DNA of 64,000 nt from Rebecca billardiae RCC1528 (lineage: Eukaryota > Protista > Haptophyta), in NCBI GenBank assembly GCA_965240325.2, contig OZ251234.1, positions 1 through 64,000 of the forward strand, in the 5' to 3' direction. The position numbers were made by a program, and so were the translations under genes. Each line of letters starts with the position of its first letter. Position 1 is the stretch's first letter. Below the pieces are notes generated by a model that saw only the letters and a program-made list of their open reading frames with translations, did not search any database and was not told where the DNA came from. This document shows, one piece after another, positions 10,723 to 22,147 of the stretch.

Positions 10723-11219
10723 TTTTCGTCCGCGCGCTCTGCTGAAGTCGCGCTGGTGAGCTCAGACGTCGGCGCGTACCCCGCCGGCGCTAGTCTGTCG
10801 CACCCCTTTTGTTCCGAGTCGCTCAGACCGCGCCGATCGTCAGATAGTTTTGAATTTCGGTTCCGCCACTGGGACCAGCCCACTGTAGCCCCTCGCCCAC
10901 CACGAGACGGCGAGATACCGACAGAAGTGGAACGGAGCGAGCATCTATTTCCTTATTGGGGCTCGCGGGAGCCGATTGATCATTTTTCATTGAGCGAAGC
11001 CCGAGCTGGCTTCCCATTGGACGGATTGGCGGCTGCGCTACTCCGCAAGGCGAAACACTTACAGCTTCACATCCCGAAAATGCAAGTTTGGACAATAGAG
11101 TGAGGCACCCTCGTCCAATGAAATTGCTGAAAATCCCGACGAAACTTTACTCGCACGTGCGGGTACACGCAATCTCCGGGAGATATGGCCAATTCCGCCC
11201 ACTGGGGCCATTCAAGGTG

Positions 11220-13485
11220 AACCACAGCTGTCGAGCCGACCGCGCGAGCGCCGCGCCGAGAATGATCAGTGCGCCAAAGCGAGTCGAGGCGCCGGGTCGA
11301 TCAGCCTCGAAGGACGCGTTCCGACCGACCGACCCGACCCCCTCGACGGTCAGCCACGCCACCAGTTAGAGCGGACGCCGCCTCGCCGCGAACGGAGGCC
11401 TCACGCGCACGGCCGCGCGGTCGCCGCATCCAACCACCGCTGTCGAGCCGACCGCTCGAGTGCAGAGCTGCGAATTATCGGTGCGCCAAAGCGAGTCGAG
11501 GCGCCGGGTCGATCGGCCTCTAAGGACGCGTTCCGACCGACCGACCCGACCCCCTCGACGGTCAGCCACGCCACCAGTTAGAGCGGACGCCGCCTCGCCG
11601 CAAACGGAGGCCTCACGCGCACGGCCGCGCGGTCGCAGCATCCAACCACCGTCGTCGAGCCGACCGCGCGAGCGCCGCGCCGCGAATGATCAGTGCGCCA
11701 AAGCAAGTCGAGGCGCCGGGTCGATCGGCCTCGAAAGACGCGTTCCGACCAGCCGAGCCGACCCCCTCGACGGTCCGCCACGCCACCAGTTAGAGCGGAC
11801 GCCGCCTCACCGTCAGCTGAGGCCTCACGCGCACGGCCGCGCGGTCGCAGCGCCCAACCACCGTCGTCGAGCCGACCGCGCGAGCGCCGCGCCGCGAATG
11901 ATCAGTGCGCCAAAGCGAGTCGAGGCGCCGGGTCGATCGGCCTCGAAAGACGCGTTCCGACCAGCCGAGCCGACCCCCTCGACGGTCCGCCACGCCACCA
12001 GTTAGAGCGGACGCCGCCTCGCCGCGAACGGAGGCCTCACGCGCACGGCCGCGCGGTCGCCGCATCCAACCACCGCTGTCGAGCCGACCGCGCGAGTGCA
12101 GAGCTGCGAATTATCGGTGCGCCAAAGCGAGTCGAGGCGCCGGGTCGATCGGCCTCTAAGGACGCGTTCCGACCGACCGACCCGACCCCCTCGACGGTCA
12201 GCCACGCCACCAGTTAGAGCGGACGCCGCCTCGCCGCAAACGGAGGCCTCACGCGCACGGCCGCGCGGTCGCAGCATCCAACCACCGTCGTCGAGCCGAC
12301 CGCGCGAGTTCAGAGCCGCGAATTATCAGTGCGCCAAAGCGAGTCGAGGCGCCGGGTCGATCGGCCTCGAAAGACGCGTTCCGACCGACCGACCCGACCC
12401 CCTCGACGGTCAGCCACGCCACCAGTTAGAGCGGACGCCGCCTCGCCGCGAACGGAGGCCTCACGCGCACGGCCGCGCGGTCGCAGCGCCCAACCACCGC
12501 TGTCGAGCCGACCGCGCGAGCGCCGCGCCGAGAATGATCAGTGCGCCAAAGCGAGTCGAGGCGCCGGGTCGATCGGCCTCGAAAGACGCGTTCCGACCGA
12601 CCGAGCCGAATCCCTCGACGGTCAGCCACGCCACCAGTTAGAGCGGACGCCGCCTCGCCGTCAGCTGAGGCCTCACGCGCACGGCCGCGCGGTCGCAGCG
12701 CCCAACCACCGTCGTCGAGCCGACCGCGCGAGCGCCGCGCCGCGAATGATCAGTGCGCCAAAGCGAGTCGAGGCGCCGGGTCGATCGGCCTCGAAAGACG
12801 CGTTCCGACCAGCCGAGCCGACCCCCTCGACGGTCCGCCACGCCACCAGTTAGAGCGGACGCCGCCTCGCCGCGAACGGAGGCCTCACGCGCACGGCCGC
12901 GCGGTCGCCGCATCCAACCACCGCTGTCGAGCCGACCGCGCGAGCGCCGCGCCGAGAATGATCAGTGCGCCAAAGCGAGTCGAGGCGCCGGGTCGATCGG
13001 CCTCGAAAGACGCGTTCCGACCGACCGAGCCGAATCCCTCGACGGTCAGCCACGCCACCAGTTAGAGCGGACGCCGCCTCGCCGTCAGCTGAGGCCTCAC
13101 GCGCACGGCCGCGCGGTCGCAGCGCCCAACCACCGTCGTCGAGCCGACCGCGCGAGCGCCGCGCCGCGAATTATCAGTGCGCCAAAGCGAGTCGAGGCGC
13201 CGGGTCGATCGGCCTCGAAAGGCGCGTTCCGACCGACCGACCCGACCCCCTCGACGGTCAGCCACGCCACCAGTTAGAGCGGACGCCGCCTCGCCGCGAA
13301 CGGAGGCCTCACGCGCACGGCCGCGCGGTCGCAGCATCCAACCACCGCCCGCGAGCCGACCGCGGGCGCGCCGCGCTGCGAATCATCAGTGCGCAAGAGC
13401 AGGATGACGCGCTGGGTGGATCGGCCTTCAAAGACGCGTTCCGATCCACCGAGCCGACCCCCTCGACGGTCAACCACGCCGCTAG
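11220..13485. repeat. 212-bp satellite, ~10.7 units (proximal block)
   Basis: GTTAGAGCGG recurs every 212 bp (11365, 11577, 11789, 12001 ... 13273); the last unit is degenerate. Confidence 0.97.
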
Positions 13486-16167
13486 TCAAAGCTCCCTCTG
13501 CATCGCCGGCAGCTGTGCACGGCCGAGCAGCCGGCCGCGCGCGCCCTCGCCCAAGCGCGGCGGCGAAAGGTCAACGCGAGGTGATGGAGCGGCTCGTACG
13601 CACCCCGCCCGGCGCTGAGCCGCTGCGCGCCACCTTTCGCCGAGCCGCAGGCGAGCGAGAGCTGACGCGCGCTCGCGACCGCGCGCAGGCTGCTGCTGCC
13701 GCTGCCGCTGCTGCGGCTGCCACCGCTCCCGCAGCACGCACTCGCGCACGCCCGCGGCTCCATCCCAGCGGGTGGGCGGCCCCGCGCGCCGGCCCCGCGC
13801 GAGAGCAGCGGCGATGCGTAGGGGTGCGAGTCGGTGCGTTGCGCCGCGGAGCGGGCGCGTTGGCCGCTCTGGGCCCGCCCCGGGCACACGCACCGCGTAC
13901 GCACTCGCACGCACCCGAGCCGACCCGAGCTTCGGCGCGCGGCCGCTGCCTCAGCACGCACCAGCGCCCGCCCGCGGCTCTGGCGTGTGATGGGGGCGCG
14001 GGGCGGGGGCCGCGTCGACCGGTGCGAGCCTCTGGCACGGCGGGCGCGCCCTGCGCGCGTCGCATCCGGCGCACGGCCACGCCGTCCGACGACGCCGAGG
14101 CGAGCTCGCACCGGCGGCTGCCCGGCGAGCCGCCACTCCTGCGAGCCGTCGCGCACGGCAATAGTACTTTCGGCGCACGAGGCCGACGCGGCCGCGGGCG
14201 CGCATGCGGGTGCGGGCGAGAGGGCGACCTGATCGCACGCACGCGCCCCGCGCACGACCGCAGCACGCGGGCTGCGCATTGGCGCGCGTCAGGCCTGCCG
14301 GGCCACTGCAGCCCGAGCGTGACGCCCGGCCGCCGCCACAGGCCGTCACGCGGCGCGCAGCTGCTCCCGCGCCGGGGCAGCGAGCGCGCACGTGCCCGTA
14401 GGCGAAGGGCAGCGAATGCACGAGCTGCCCGCGCCGTGCGCGCGGTGCCGGCCCGCCCTCACGCCCGCCGCTGCGCCCGTGTGCGCCGCGAGGTGCAATC
14501 CACTGCGGAGAGGCCGTTCGGCCATGCTGATTCGTACGAGTCCTCCGCGACCAACGGTCCTCGCGGTGCGCAACTGTACAGCCAGCATGGCGGCGCTCCC
14601 CATGCCGACCGTGAGGCGCGGATGCTGGTGCAGCGGTGCGCGAGAGGGGCCACACGCCGTCGAGCAGCATGCGCCCAGCACGCCTTGGCCGCCTCGCACC
14701 GCCCCGCGCGCTGCCATTGCCTCTCGCTCGGCCGCTCGGCCGTGCGCGCGCTGCCGGCTGCCTGCGGCCGCGCCGCGCGCACGGCGGAACGGTCGAGCGC
14801 GCGCGGCGGGAGGACACGCCCGCATTTCGATCCATCGCACGACGCCGCGCGGTGCTCTGCGTCCCTCGGCAGCTCATGCACTGTGCCCGGGCTCGCCGAG
14901 CAAGGAGCCGCGAGAGGGCGATCTGCAAGATAGGACAGGCCGGTGGCTGGTCGGCAGGCTGGCGCCGCTGCCGACCAGCTGTGTGCTCATCGTCTCGGCC
15001 CCCAAGCGTACGCGCCACGGCAGGGGGTGGCCGCTTCCTTCGTCGCGAGACGCGTGCGCGGCCACCCGTGCATTCAAGAGTCGTGGCTCGGGCCCGGTTG
15101 GGTCGGCCGTGATGGCGCGTGCGGGAGTCAGGTCGGACGAGGTGGAAGATGGGGGGCGGGGGCGGGGGCAGCTGGGCGGGTGGGCGGCGCGGCGCCAGGC
15201 CCAGGGCGGCCGCGACGCGCTCGCGCCACGCGCCGCCGAGCAGCATGCGCTGCGGTCGCTCGGCTGGCCCGCACCGCCCCACGCGCTGCCGTCGCGCCCG
15301 CGCGGGCGCGCGATGAACGGCCGGTGGCGGCCGCGCGCGCACTGCTCCGGACGCAGCGTGGGTCAGTACGGCGGCGACAGCCCAAGCCTGGGGCACGGGC
15401 AGCCAGTGCGGGCGCCCGCGGGCAAGCCGCGGGGCGTCACGCCTCGACCTCGGCCGCGGCGCGATGTGCTGCGACGAGGTCCGACGAGCCCAGCCGAGCC
15501 GCACGGTGGGAGCGGACTCAGCAGCGGGATGCTGCGCGCGCTCGGCGCAGCTGCCCCGCCCCCGGCAGCTGGCACAGACAGCCGCAGCCCGAGCCTGGCT
15601 CGCGCGGTAGTATGTGCGCCCTCGTACGGACAGCCCGCTGGGCTCGTCCACACTTCGCGCTCGGCTTGACCGCCGCATGCTGCGCAGCGCAGTTCCGCGC
15701 ACCTCGCCAACCGGTGAGGCAGAATAATAAGCCGCAGGCCCGAGTACGGAGTAGCGCTGCTGCGTAGTCGGGACCGACTCGCACCGTAGGGCCATGACGA
15801 CGTCTGACGATGCGCGGAGACGACTGTATTACGTAGTCTGCATGCACGTCATCAGCCGAGTACAGCAGCGGACAGTCTGATCACGCGCAAGTAACGATCC
15901 GGTGACGAGGCGCGGGTAGTCCAGCCGGCCCGCGCGGGCCGCGCCGCTGGCGCGGCCCGGACCAGCAGTTCTATAATAATAATTTGCCACTGAGTGAGCC
16001 GACTGGAGGCGTACCAGTGACGGGTACCGTACGTACTGCTGCAGGGCGGTGATAACTGATGCTGCCAGCAGCAGCAGTGATATGACGACTACGCGATGAG
16101 TCGGATCGCGGGCGGCGCTGCTGATGACTGCGCTACCGTAAATACGTATATACGTACTACTGCGCGC

Positions 16168-16168
<1 letters not shown>

Positions 16169-16224
<56 letters not shown>
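16169..16224. repeat. (TA)n(TTA)n microsatellite
   Basis: Directly visible; lies in the AT-rich island downstream of the minus-strand gene ending at 16457. Confidence 0.9.
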
Positions 16225-16225
<1 letters not shown>

Positions 16226-16456
16226 TACCGACACGCGGGCGCCTGAGCCGCCAGTGACCGCGGGCCGGGTGGGGCCACAGCTGCCATGGCACGCGGAGCA
16301 GGCTGCCAGCAGTGAGCAGCAGCATATATATAATATGATGGATGATATCGTCCTGCTAGGCTTGCGAGTTGCGGCAGCGCCCCGCGCGACTCCGCCAATC
16401 AGCATATGATGATGATGACGCAGCTAGCACTGCCGACACGAGCGCCGCCCTCGGCC

Positions 16457-18376
16457 TCAGCACTCGCCGGCCGGCTCCGCGTCGCCCGCGTGCAGCGTGA
16501 AGCCGAACAGGCGCGCGGCCGAGCGCGCCGCGTGCGCCGGCGTGCACAGCAGCAGCCGCAGCCGCACGCGCCGGCCGCGCAGCGCGCCGAGCTCGGCGGG
16601 CTCGCGCCAGCGCGCGCGCGCGCACGCCGAGTCCACCTCGACGGGCAGCGCGTCGGCGGCGGCGTACCCGCGCAGCGGCCGCCGCGTGTCCGCGTCGAGC
16701 ACCTCGGCGAGCGCGCGCGCGCCGCCGGCCCCGGCGCGCACGTTGAGCGTGAGCGCGCGCGCGCGCAGCTCAAAGGGCCGCGTGAGCAGCGCGGCGCACG
16801 CGCACGGCGCGCGGCCGCAGCGGGCCGGCGCGCCTTGCACGCGCGCGTCGCAGCCGGGCGTGCGCAGCACGCCGCCGAGGCGGTGCCAGCTCCACTTCGC
16901 CGAGCCGATCCGGGGCGCGCTCCGGAAGCGCGTGCGGTGCCTGCCCGTGCGATGCTCGTACAGCAGCGTGTGCGCGCCGGCCGCGTGCACGAGCTCGGAC
17001 GCGGCCTGCAGGTAGCCGGCGCCCGCCCGGTGCGCGCCCGCCGGCACGAGCTCGGCGTGCGCGTACACGGCGCCCAGGTCGAAGAGGGCGCCGTCGCGCG
17101 AGGTGAGCAGGTACACGCGCGTCGCGTCGGCCGCGGCGCGCTGCCGCGCCGTGCGCGCGTCCTCCTCGCGCAGCGTGGGCCACTCGAGCAGCGTGAGCAG
17201 CCCGACGCGCAGCGCGTCCGGCGCCGCGCCGCCGCACGGCGCGCCCGGCGCGGGCGGCGGCGCGGCGGACGCGGGCAGCTCGCCGACGCCGAGCGCGTAC
17301 GCCTGGCGCTGGAAGCGCTCGGCCTTGCCCAGCCGGTCAAAGTACCACTCGCGCAGCGGCTCGAACGCCTTGGGCTCCGCGTCCAGCCCGGCGCGGTTGG
17401 CGTACACGCCCACGCCGCGGATCTCGCGCCAGAAGCCCACGCCCGGCGCCGTGCCAAACGACGCGCGGCGCACGAGGCGGTACGCGCAGTCGGGCTCGGA
17501 CCAGCGCACGCAGTTGGACGAGTCGGCGTGGTGCGCGCACGCCGCGCCGCAGCAGTGCGGCAGGTCGGCGCACTTCGCCCGGAACGGCACCGCGCGCGGT
17601 CCGCCCGCCAGCGGCGCAAAGGCGGTCGGCGCGTCCTCGGGCGCGCTCGCCACGCACGCCGACTCGACCTCGTTGGCGCAGTCGTAGCCGAGGAGCAGCC
17701 GGCGGCGGCGCGGGTCGTGCGTGACGCACACGTTGTCCGTGAGCACGCCGCCCGCCGAGAGGTTGCCCAGCGCCGTCGACCAGCGCGACCAGTTGCGCCC
17801 GTCGGCCGAGGCGACGTGCAGGCCCATGAACTCGCCGTACCACAGGTGCCACTCGCCGCGCAGCAGCAGCGCGGAGCCGTAGAAGCCGCCCGTCTTCTTC
17901 TGCAGCACCGACGGCCGCAGCGCGCGCATCGTGCCGTACGGCACGCTCCGCCGCGCGTCCGGCGTGACCCTGCGGAGGCGCGGCGCCTCAAAGTCGCGCG
18001 AGGCGCACGCGTGGCCGCCCAGCGCGTGCTCGTCGAGCAGCAGCTGCGCCTCGCCCGCCGCCGGCGCGAAGGGGAGGCGGTGCAGCGAGGCGCGGTGCTC
18101 ACGCTCGAAGCACGCGGTGCACCGGCGCATGTGCGACGTGTTGACCGCGTACCCCCGCGGCACGGGCTGCTGGTCGCGCGTGAAGCGCACGGCGCCGGCG
18201 GCGATCGCCTCGCGCAGCGACGCGTCCGCGCGCTCGTCCGCGGCCGCGCTCGGCGGCCAGTGCGGCACGGCGTGCTCGGCCGCGTCGAGCCAGGGCGCGG
18301 CCAGGTCGTCCGCGCGCCCCGCCGCGCCGGCGGCGAGCGCGCCGACGGCGAAGGCGAGCGCGCGGGCCGCCGCCAT
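16457..18376 (-). CDS. Secreted glycoside-hydrolase-like beta-propeller protein
   Basis: Signal peptide MAAARALAFAVGALAAG; Asp-box-like SADGRNW and SRDG; C-terminal LLTRPF...LTLNV...PLRGY...W...GRRVRLRL...LFGF module; intronless. Confidence 0.65.
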   Translation of the reverse strand: MAAARALAFAVGALAAGAAGRADDLAAPWLDAAEHAVPHWPPSAAADERADASLREAIAAGAVRFTRDQQPVPRGYAVNTSHMRRCTACFEREHRASLHRLPFAPAAGEAQLLLDEHALGGHACASRDFEAPRLRRVTPDARRSVPYGTMRALRPSVLQKKTGGFYGSALLLRGEWHLWYGEFMGLHVASADGRNWSRWSTALGNLSAGGVLTDNVCVTHDPRRRRLLLGYDCANEVESACVASAPEDAPTAFAPLAGGPRAVPFRAKCADLPHCCGAACAHHADSSNCVRWSEPDCAYRLVRRASFGTAPGVGFWREIRGVGVYANRAGLDAEPKAFEPLREWYFDRLGKAERFQRQAYALGVGELPASAAPPPAPGAPCGGAAPDALRVGLLTLLEWPTLREEDARTARQRAAADATRVYLLTSRDGALFDLGAVYAHAELVPAGAHRAGAGYLQAASELVHAAGAHTLLYEHRTGRHRTRFRSAPRIGSAKWSWHRLGGVLRTPGCDARVQGAPARCGRAPCACAALLTRPFELRARALTLNVRAGAGGARALAEVLDADTRRPLRGYAAADALPVEVDSACARARWREPAELGALRGRRVRLRLLLCTPAHAARSAARLFGFTLHAGDAEPAGEC

Positions 18377-19057
18377 GCCTCGGCAGGCAGGACTCCCGAC
18401 GAGCACCGGAATTCGATTATTCGTCGTCGATCGAATGATCTGGGTAGACTGCTTCGCCTCGTTCGATCTGTTGTCGTTGATCGTGCCGGCGACGACGGGT
18501 GGCCGCCTCGGGACGGAGCGCGCGCATCGCGGCGGCGCGCCGGCTGCGACCTTGCGCGCGGTGGGGCACGCCCGCCCACCGGCCCTGCTCGCGAGCCCAG
18601 CAGCCATCCGCAGCAGCCGCTTGGCACAGCAGGCCCGCGCGCGGCCGCGAAGCCACGCGCCGACGGCGCCGAGCTCGGCCTCGCAGTCGCACCGCCCCGG
18701 ACGCCGACGGGACGAGATGGCCGCGACGGTGGGCGATGCCTGCACGTGTGCTGGCGTCAACCAACTATATACTGAGCAACAATAATACTATAAGCGCTCA
18801 TCTGAGCGGAAACATTATCATCAACGTCAGACTCCGCCCGCCAGCCTCAGCGGTAGTCTGCCAGGCCGGGCCGCGCCGCCGCGCCGCCCGACGGTTTTGG
18901 CCGGTGCCATCAATAAGCTGGCCCGTCTGAGAGCGCCGCGCCGGCCGGATCGACGATCGATCGTCATCATTATACATCGATATGTATCTGCGGCCCGCGG
19001 CGGCGGCGCCTCCGCTCGGCGACGGCGACGGCGCCGCCAGCGCGCGCGCCGCCGCCG

Positions 19058-20992
19058 TCAGTGCCACGCGCGCCGCGCCGGCGACACCGCGCGGCCGGCG
19101 CGCTGCAGCGCGCGCGCGCGCGCGGGCGAGGCGCGGTCGGCGCGCGTGGGCGAGCGCGCGTACGCGGCCGCCGGGTCGTCGAACGGCTTGTACTCGGGCG
19201 GCGGCGGCGGCGGCGGCGCGCCCGCGCCGGCGCCGGCGCCGTCCGCGTACGCCGCGCCGGCGAGCACCGCGTGCACCGCGCCGCTGCCGCCGGGGCGCGC
19301 CACGCCCTTGCCGCGCGCCGTGCCGGAGGGCGCGCGCGCGCGCGGCGGCGTCTGCCCGCGCGCGCGCGGCGGGTCGTCCGCGTGCAGCAGCGAGCCCACG
19401 CCCGCCGAGCCGTTGCGCTCGGCGGCGTAGTCCGCGCCGTCGGGGCCGAGGTGCGCGCGGCGCGAGGGCGCCATCGTCGAGCGCACGTGCTCGATGTGCC
19501 CGAGGTCCTGCGCAGCCGCGCGCGCGCGCGCATGGCGGCGCGGCGCACGTCAGCCGCGCTCGCGCGCGCGCGCGCGCGGGACGCTCGCTCCCGCGCGCGC
19601 GCGCACCCGGATGGCGGACACGTTGACGAGGCCCTGCCACGGCAGCACCGCGCCCTCGGCGGCCGTGGCGCGCACGTCGCCCAGGTGCGCGTACGACGGC
19701 GGCGGCGCGCCCTGCCGCTTGCCCAGCCGCTCGCCGTCGTCCGCGACGGGCGCGAGCCGGCAGTCGTCGAGCGCGGGCGTGAAGCCGAGGTCGGGCACGG
19801 GCGCGGGCCGGCGCGCGATCGCGCTCGGCGCCGGCCGCGCGATCAGCGCGGAGACGGAGGCGGCGGAGGCGGCGGAGGGCGACGCGCGCGGGCCGAGCGC
19901 GCCGCCGCCGCCGCCGCCCGCCGCGCGCAGCGCCAGCGCGCCCGTGCGCCGCTCCATGTCGCGCAGCGCGCGCGCGAGCTCGTCGCCCGAGGCCGCGCCG
20001 TACGCGCCCGCGCTCAGCCCGAGCAGCGCCGCGCGGTGCGCCGCGTCGCGCGTGCCCACGCCCGCGTCGCGCGCGGCGCGCTCGGCCTCGGGACCGACGA
20101 GCGCGTAGGCGTACGCGCCGCCGCTCGAGCCGGGCCCCGTGCCCGCGGCGGCCAGCCCGCCCGCGCTCGCCGCCGCGGCGCTCGCGGCGGCGTGGTGGCT
20201 CGGTGCTGAGGCGTGCGCGAGCGGCAGCGTGTGCATCGACGACTCCCACACCGCGCGCGCGGCCACGCGCGGCGTGTGCGTGGGGCGCGGCGGCGGCGGC
20301 GGCGCGCCGCTCAGCCGGAAGAGCTGGCCCACGTCGTGCTCGCGCTGCCCCGGCGCGCCCGCCCACGACGCGTCGATGCCGCCGCCGCCCGCCTCGGCCT
20401 CGGCCCCCTCGGGGGGCGGCGCAAACGCGAGCCTGCGGCCGGGCGTGCCCGCCACGCCCGCCTCGGCCGCGCTCGCGGGCGGCGGCGGGCGCGCGAGCGT
20501 GGGCGTGACCTCGGCGCCGCCGTCGGCGAGGTCGGGCACGCTCGACGCCGTCTGGTGCGCCGCGCCCGGCCGCATCCGCGCGCGCGGCGTCGCGGGGTGC
20601 CAGCCGGCCGCAGCGTCGGTGAGCGTCGACATCGGCAGCCCGGCCGCGCCCGCAAACGCGCTCAGGCCGTGCAGCCCGTGGCCGCTCGCGACGTGCGGCG
20701 CGTCGCGCGGGGGGGCGGCGCCGAGCGGGTCGGTGCGCGCCGGCGCGCCCGCCGCGCCCGCCGCCGCCGCCGCCGAGCGCTCGGGCGCGCCTGGGAGGTC
20801 CTCCTGCCGGCTGATCGCGATCCACGCGGGCGCGGGCATGTCGCGGCCGCGCGAGGGCGTGCTCGCAAAGGTGCGCGTGAAGGAGGAGCAGCGGCGGTAC
20901 TGCGCGTCAGCGCCGCCGCCCGCCGCCGCCGCCGCCGCCGCCGCCGCCGACGGCGGCGGGCCGCCGCGCATGTGCACCACCTTGCTCGTCAT
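19058..20992 (-). CDS. Hypothetical low-complexity protein
   Basis: ATG 20992 (MTSKVVHM); intron 19508-19606 keeps frame into DLGHIEHVRST; GC3-biased. Confidence 0.6.
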
Positions 20993-21211
20993 GCTGCAGT
21001 GCCTGCGCAGATTGTGATCGCGGCTGCCCAGTGAGTGGCCGGACGGTTCCGCGTGCATGATGCATCAGCAGCGGAAAAAGTTCGTTGGCGAAACCGACGA
21101 ACGTCACCGGGGCTTGTACGGTGCCGCTTGCTCCACGCCCAACGGCCACATTATTGGTCGAGTGCCCTGGGAAAGCTCCCCAGCCCGCAAGGGGGCGCGC
21201 CGCGTGGCGCG

Positions 21212-21706
21212 ATGGTCTCGATGGAGATGCAGCCGTACAAGCACACGCAGACGGCCGCCTCGATGATCGGCGTGTTCGCCCTCTCCACAATCGGCACGTT
21301 CGCCGCGCTCTACTTTGCGCGCCTCAGCGTGCTCGCCGCCGTGCTCGCCGCGCTGCTGTTTGCGCTGCTCGGCTTCACCTTCTCCGCGCTCACGGTGCAG
21401 GTCGACGAGGACGGCGTGGCGGTGTGGTTCGGGCTGGGCGGCGGGTGCGGCTGGCCCAAACGCCGCCTGCCGTGGGACGAGATCCGCTCCGCCGAGCGCG
21501 TGCGCAACTCGTGCATCGAGGGGTACGGCATCCGCGCCGTGCGCAACGGCTGGATGTTCAACGTCGCCGGCCTCGACGCGGTCGAGCTCGGGCTGCGCAG
21601 CGGCCGCGTCTTCCGCGTGGGCACGGACGATCCCGACGCGCTCCTCGCCGCGTGCAAGGCGCGCATGCCCGCGCACTACCAGCGGCACGAGAGCGAGAAT
21701 CTGTGA
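21212..21706 (+). CDS. Small 2-TM membrane protein with a bacterial-PH-like C-terminal domain
   Basis: YKHTQ, two hydrophobic helices, FSALTVQVD, GYGIR...GWMFNVAGLDAVEL...FRVGTDDP; intronless. Confidence 0.75.
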   Translation: MVSMEMQPYKHTQTAASMIGVFALSTIGTFAALYFARLSVLAAVLAALLFALLGFTFSALTVQVDEDGVAVWFGLGGGCGWPKRRLPWDEIRSAERVRNSCIEGYGIRAVRNGWMFNVAGLDAVELGLRSGRVFRVGTDDPDALLAACKARMPAHYQRHESENL

Positions 21707-22147
21707 GCCGGCTGGCGCCGCCAGTCACAAGTCTGCGCTCCGGGGCCGCGCGCTCGGAGTCAGTCAGATCGGGTGCCTCAGATCGGCCAGGCTCGCCTTC
21801 ACAGCGCCCTTCCGCGCGCACGGCAGCGCCTACAGTAACGGGGTCGCTCTCGTGGCGTGTCCGATGTCACAGCTGCCACTGCGGTGGCACAGCGCGCGCG
21901 CCGCACGACTCAGACTGGCCTTGCACATTGCACAGCCAACCGTCCGCCGCCGCCGGAAATCCATTTTGACTTTACTGATGTATTGTTTGCGACGACACTG
22001 CTTATCGCGAGCGAACTCGCCGCAAGAAACTTCGCCAGCCCACGATGCTGTGTCATCATCAGATCTCGCGGCTCACGTCCGCTGCTGCTTACTGGCGTGC
22101 GTCTCGACCGGCCCCTCGCTCGCGGTCTCGGTTCATCAGCGGGCGCG

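Larger units (their letters stand above)
5228..11219 (+). mobile_element. RAG1/Transib-like (CMC-type) DNA transposon, 5,992 bp, inserted in the 212-bp satellite
   Basis: Ends CACCTTGA(C/A)TG(C/G)CCCC...TTGGCC in inverted orientation. Removing the element restores the satellite sequence GCAGCGCCC^AACCAC. It encodes a DDE protein. Confidence 0.85.

Noticed and set aside
11088-13618. Repeated ORFs in the satellite, or a CRISPR-like array
   Set aside because: These are whole-unit 212-bp tandem repeats with no unique spacers and no cas genes.
13490-15800. Long ORFs of 265-614 aa
   Set aside because: Arg/Ala/Pro-rich GC shadow frames without consistent codon bias or motifs; a decayed gene cannot be excluded.
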